Shown piece by piece: positions 28,324 to 30,598 of a stretch of DNA of 30,598 nt (its first letter is position 1; each line of letters opens with the position of its first letter). The DNA lies in NCBI GenBank assembly GCA_020854825.1, contig JAHKLY010000004.1:1-30598 (forward strand). The letters are read 5' to 3'. Below the pieces are notes generated by a model. The model had not been told where the DNA came from, did no database searches, and saw nothing but the letters and a program-made list of their open reading frames with translations. The stretch comes from Candidatus Micrarchaeota archaeon. GTDB lineage: Archaea; Micrarchaeota; Micrarchaeia; Anstonellales; JAHKLY01. The position numbers and the translations under genes are program-made.

Positions 28324-28458
28324 ATGGAAAAGAAAGAAAAAAGCATTTGGGTATTTAAAGATAGAGCTGAAATGGAAAAAAAATTAAATGAAATTCTTCA
28401 TTTAATTGAAACTAATCCTGAGTGGAAACGCAGATATGAGATTCTTGGCAATCTATAA
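28324..28458 (+). CDS. Small 44-aa protein (below the ORF-track cutoff)
   Basis: MEKKEKSIWVFKDRAEMEKKLNEILHLIETNPEWKRRYEILGNL*; TTTTTAAA ~22 nt upstream; ends 2 bp before the convergent ATPase stop. Confidence 0.5.
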   Translation: MEKKEKSIWVFKDRAEMEKKLNEILHLIETNPEWKRRYEILGNL

Positions 28459-28460
28459 TA

Positions 28461-29714
28461 TTAATTACTTTTTCCTTCTTGTATGTTTATTTTTAATAAA
28501 TCCTTTATTTCAAAAATCTTTAAAACATCTGATTTTAATCCTTTTTTATTTTTGACAATAAGTAATTTTTCAGCATTAAATTTACTAAATTTCTCTTCTA
28601 TCTTCTTGATATCCTCCATAGTTACTTTTTTCCATTTAACTTCTCCAACTACTTTTATTTTTTTAAAAGAAACTAAAGCGATATCAATTTCTGGTTCTTC
28701 TATTTTAACTGGTTTCATACCATAAATTTTAGAGAGAAGTAACTTTACAAAATATTCTATATGAAAGGGTATTTTTTTATCAATAACATCTGAAATAAAC
28801 TTTTCTGAAACTTGTGTTTCTAATAATCCATATTTTTCATCAACATAAAAAAACAAGTCTATAAATGGAGAAACATGAGAGTATACAAATTTTTTTTTAT
28901 TAAAAACACTTTCTTTTTGTAAAATACCCATAGAAACTAAATTATTAAGATATCCTTGAATTAATCCTGGATTGTCTTTTTTGATTAACCCACGCGAAAA
29001 TAGATATGATGAAATTTCAGAACTTATTCCTTTTCCAGAAGCAACAGCACGCATAATCCCATCATAAACTTTTGAAAGATGTTTATCTTCCTCTCTAAAT
29101 ATCTCCCCAATTAATCCTTGTATACTCATTTTATTGTCTATTAAATATTTTGTAAGAAATTTTCTTATTGGTGGATTATAATGTTGAATTAAAATAGGTT
29201 CTCTTAAATACACTGCTGTTTCAATAAATTCAATCTTATCTTTTATTTTAAGATTAATAAGAATATCTCTCTCATCAATTATTGTAAATGGAACATCATA
29301 AAAAAGCCCAATTAGAGGATATTTCAATTTAAGTAATTTTTGAGATAACCATAAAGTAGAAGAAATTAAAATTAATTTTCCGGTTGTTCCTATCGAATGA
29401 AGATAATCTAAAAAAATAGGGGGTAGTCTATGGAATTCATCCACAACTATTGTTTTGTCATTAATTAAAGATTTAAATATTATAAAAAATTCAGAAAAAG
29501 TAATGTTTTCATTTTTATATATAATTGAACTATCTTTTGCAACAAAAAAATATTCATCCCATTTCATAAACTTTTTAACATAAAATGTTTTGCCTGTTTT
29601 TCTTCTCCCATATATGAATAACCAATTTCCTGCATTATTGATTTTTTCATCTTCTGTTCTTCTTTTTATTATATCTTCCACTACTATGTTTACAAACATA
29701 ATGTTTATAAACAT
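28461..29714 (-). CDS. Archaeal ATPase (ATPase_2/DUF234 type) with wHTH and C-terminal PD-(D/E)xK-like domain; true start may be GTG 29681
   Basis: Walker A YGRRKTGKT, Walker B VVDEFH, HTH-like SSEISSYL...YLNNLVSMGIL, and EIDIAL...VGEVKW. Confidence 0.88.
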   Translation of the reverse strand: MFINIMFVNIVVEDIIKRRTEDEKINNAGNWLFIYGRRKTGKTFYVKKFMKWDEYFFVAKDSSIIYKNENITFSEFFIIFKSLINDKTIVVDEFHRLPPIFLDYLHSIGTTGKLILISSTLWLSQKLLKLKYPLIGLFYDVPFTIIDERDILINLKIKDKIEFIETAVYLREPILIQHYNPPIRKFLTKYLIDNKMSIQGLIGEIFREEDKHLSKVYDGIMRAVASGKGISSEISSYLFSRGLIKKDNPGLIQGYLNNLVSMGILQKESVFNKKKFVYSHVSPFIDLFFYVDEKYGLLETQVSEKFISDVIDKKIPFHIEYFVKLLLSKIYGMKPVKIEEPEIDIALVSFKKIKVVGEVKWKKVTMEDIKKIEEKFSKFNAEKLLIVKNKKGLKSDVLKIFEIKDLLKINIQEGKSN

Positions 29715-29730
29715 AATGTTTACAAAAATA
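29686..29730. promoter_or_regulatory. Three tandem 15-bp palindromic repeats ATGTTTAYAAAMATA (putative operator array)
   Basis: atgtttacaaacata / atgtttataaacata / atgtttacaaaaata; units 1 and 2 are ATGTTT-NN-AAACAT and unit 3 has one mismatch. Confidence 0.75.
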
Positions 29731-29813
29731 ATAGATTACATTTACTCTTAGATATCAATTTCTTTGATAAAATAAAAAGTAGCCTTTTTAAATATTCCAT
29801 ATAAATAACTTAA

Positions 29814-30287
29814 GTGATAATAATGAAGAGATCAGATAAAAAGAGTAAAATTACTAAGATAAATCCTATATATTCACTAATGGCACAATTAGATTTTAAA
29901 CTAGTTTTTGCAAGTATGTTTATTTTTATTTCATTATGGGGATTAGTATTTGCAGCTGATGAATTAGAATGTATTTTATTAGCTTTATGTAATCAAATAA
30001 TGGGTATAATCCCTTCATTAGCTTTCTTATTAGTAACAGTAGCAGCAGTTGCTTATGCAGGTGGGCAATTATTTGATGCGCAAACACGAGCAAGAGCGCA
30101 ACAATGGGCTATTTCCTGTATAATCGGCGCAATAATCGGCGCTGTTATCTTAATTATAGTACCAGCTTTCTTAGGCGCTTTGATAAAAATGAGTGCAGGA
30201 CCTGGGCTTTCGATTAGTTGTTCAGAAACAGGAATGTGTACTGAAGCATTGATAGATGCAGAAATAAGCGTAGGAAGCTCCCCTTAA
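29814..30287 (+). CDS. VirB2/TrbC-like pilin-family membrane protein
   Basis: Signal-like segment ending VFA, then TM-YAGGQ..AQTRARAQQWA-TM; paralogous to the next gene. Confidence 0.6.
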   Translation: MIIMKRSDKKSKITKINPIYSLMAQLDFKLVFASMFIFISLWGLVFAADELECILLALCNQIMGIIPSLAFLLVTVAAVAYAGGQLFDAQTRARAQQWAISCIIGAIIGAVILIIVPAFLGALIKMSAGPGLSISCSETGMCTEALIDAEISVGSSP

Positions 30288-30343
30288 TCATCTTTATATT
30301 CATTTTTATATTAATAACTCCATAAATATTGAGGGGTAATAAA

Positions 30344-30598
30344 ATGAAAAAAATTTTTATATTAGCAGGACTTGGCGTATTTTTATCGATAGGTTTAGTA
30401 TTTTCAGCTCCTCCTACAACAGGTTTAACTAATTTATCAAATATATTCTTTGGTTTGGCTTGTGATATTAAAACTTTATTAATCCCAATTGGATTTTTAT
30501 TAGTAGTTGCAGCTGCAGTTATTTATGCAGGTGGACAAGTAGGAAATGCTGAGATGAGAGGAAAATCTCAAGGATGGGCAGTATGGGCATTAGTAGGA
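30344..30598 (+). CDS. Second VirB2/TrbC-like pilin (partial, runs off the right edge)
   Basis: MKKIFILAGLGVFLSIGLVFSAPP...VIYAGGQVGNAEMRGKSQGWAVWALVG; GAGGGG Shine-Dalgarno. Confidence 0.6.
   Translation, partial: MKKIFILAGLGVFLSIGLVFSAPPTTGLTNLSNIFFGLACDIKTLLIPIGFLLVVAAAVIYAGGQVGNAEMRGKSQGWAVWALVG

Noticed and set aside
1919-28725. Other short antisense or alternative-frame ORFs in the track (e.g. 1919, 6707, 7156, 7533, 9111, 14224, 18741, 22593, 27350, 28483)
   Set aside because: They lie within or largely overlap longer, well-supported genes and lack motifs.
30119-30142. ATAATCGGCGC tandem duplication
   Set aside because: It is an in-frame IIGA-IIGA repeat within a TM helix; no further signal.

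Overview
AT-rich archaeal window; the gene content suggests a DPANN, probably Micrarchaeota-like, genome (inference). Housekeeping genes: glyS, rpl35ae, archease and a RecJ-like DHH nuclease. Surface and accessory genes: three very large modular surface proteins (a DUF2341/LamG protein running off the left edge, and 2554-aa and 1800-aa beta-helix proteins), a membrane-anchored pentein (deiminase-like) enzyme, a protein with a T9SS-type C-terminal domain, a DUF234-type ATPase with a triple palindromic array at its start, two VirB2/TrbC-like pilins, a broken MazF toxin with its antitoxin, and a GNAT with a disrupted start. The main result is an RNA system missed by the ORF track. A tRNA-Trp(CCA) gene with two introns (37/38 and T-loop 58/59) lies at 16349-16565. 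About 10 kb away, at 6392-6504, is a free-standing box C/D sRNA. Its two 12-nt guides pair across the exon/intron junctions of the unspliced pre-tRNA and predict Cm34 and Cm39. The sRNA's long D'-C' insert resembles the tRNA's T-loop intron, and both loci carry the same A/T palindromic element internally and just downstream. All alignments, folds and GC estimates were done by eye; no database searches were run.
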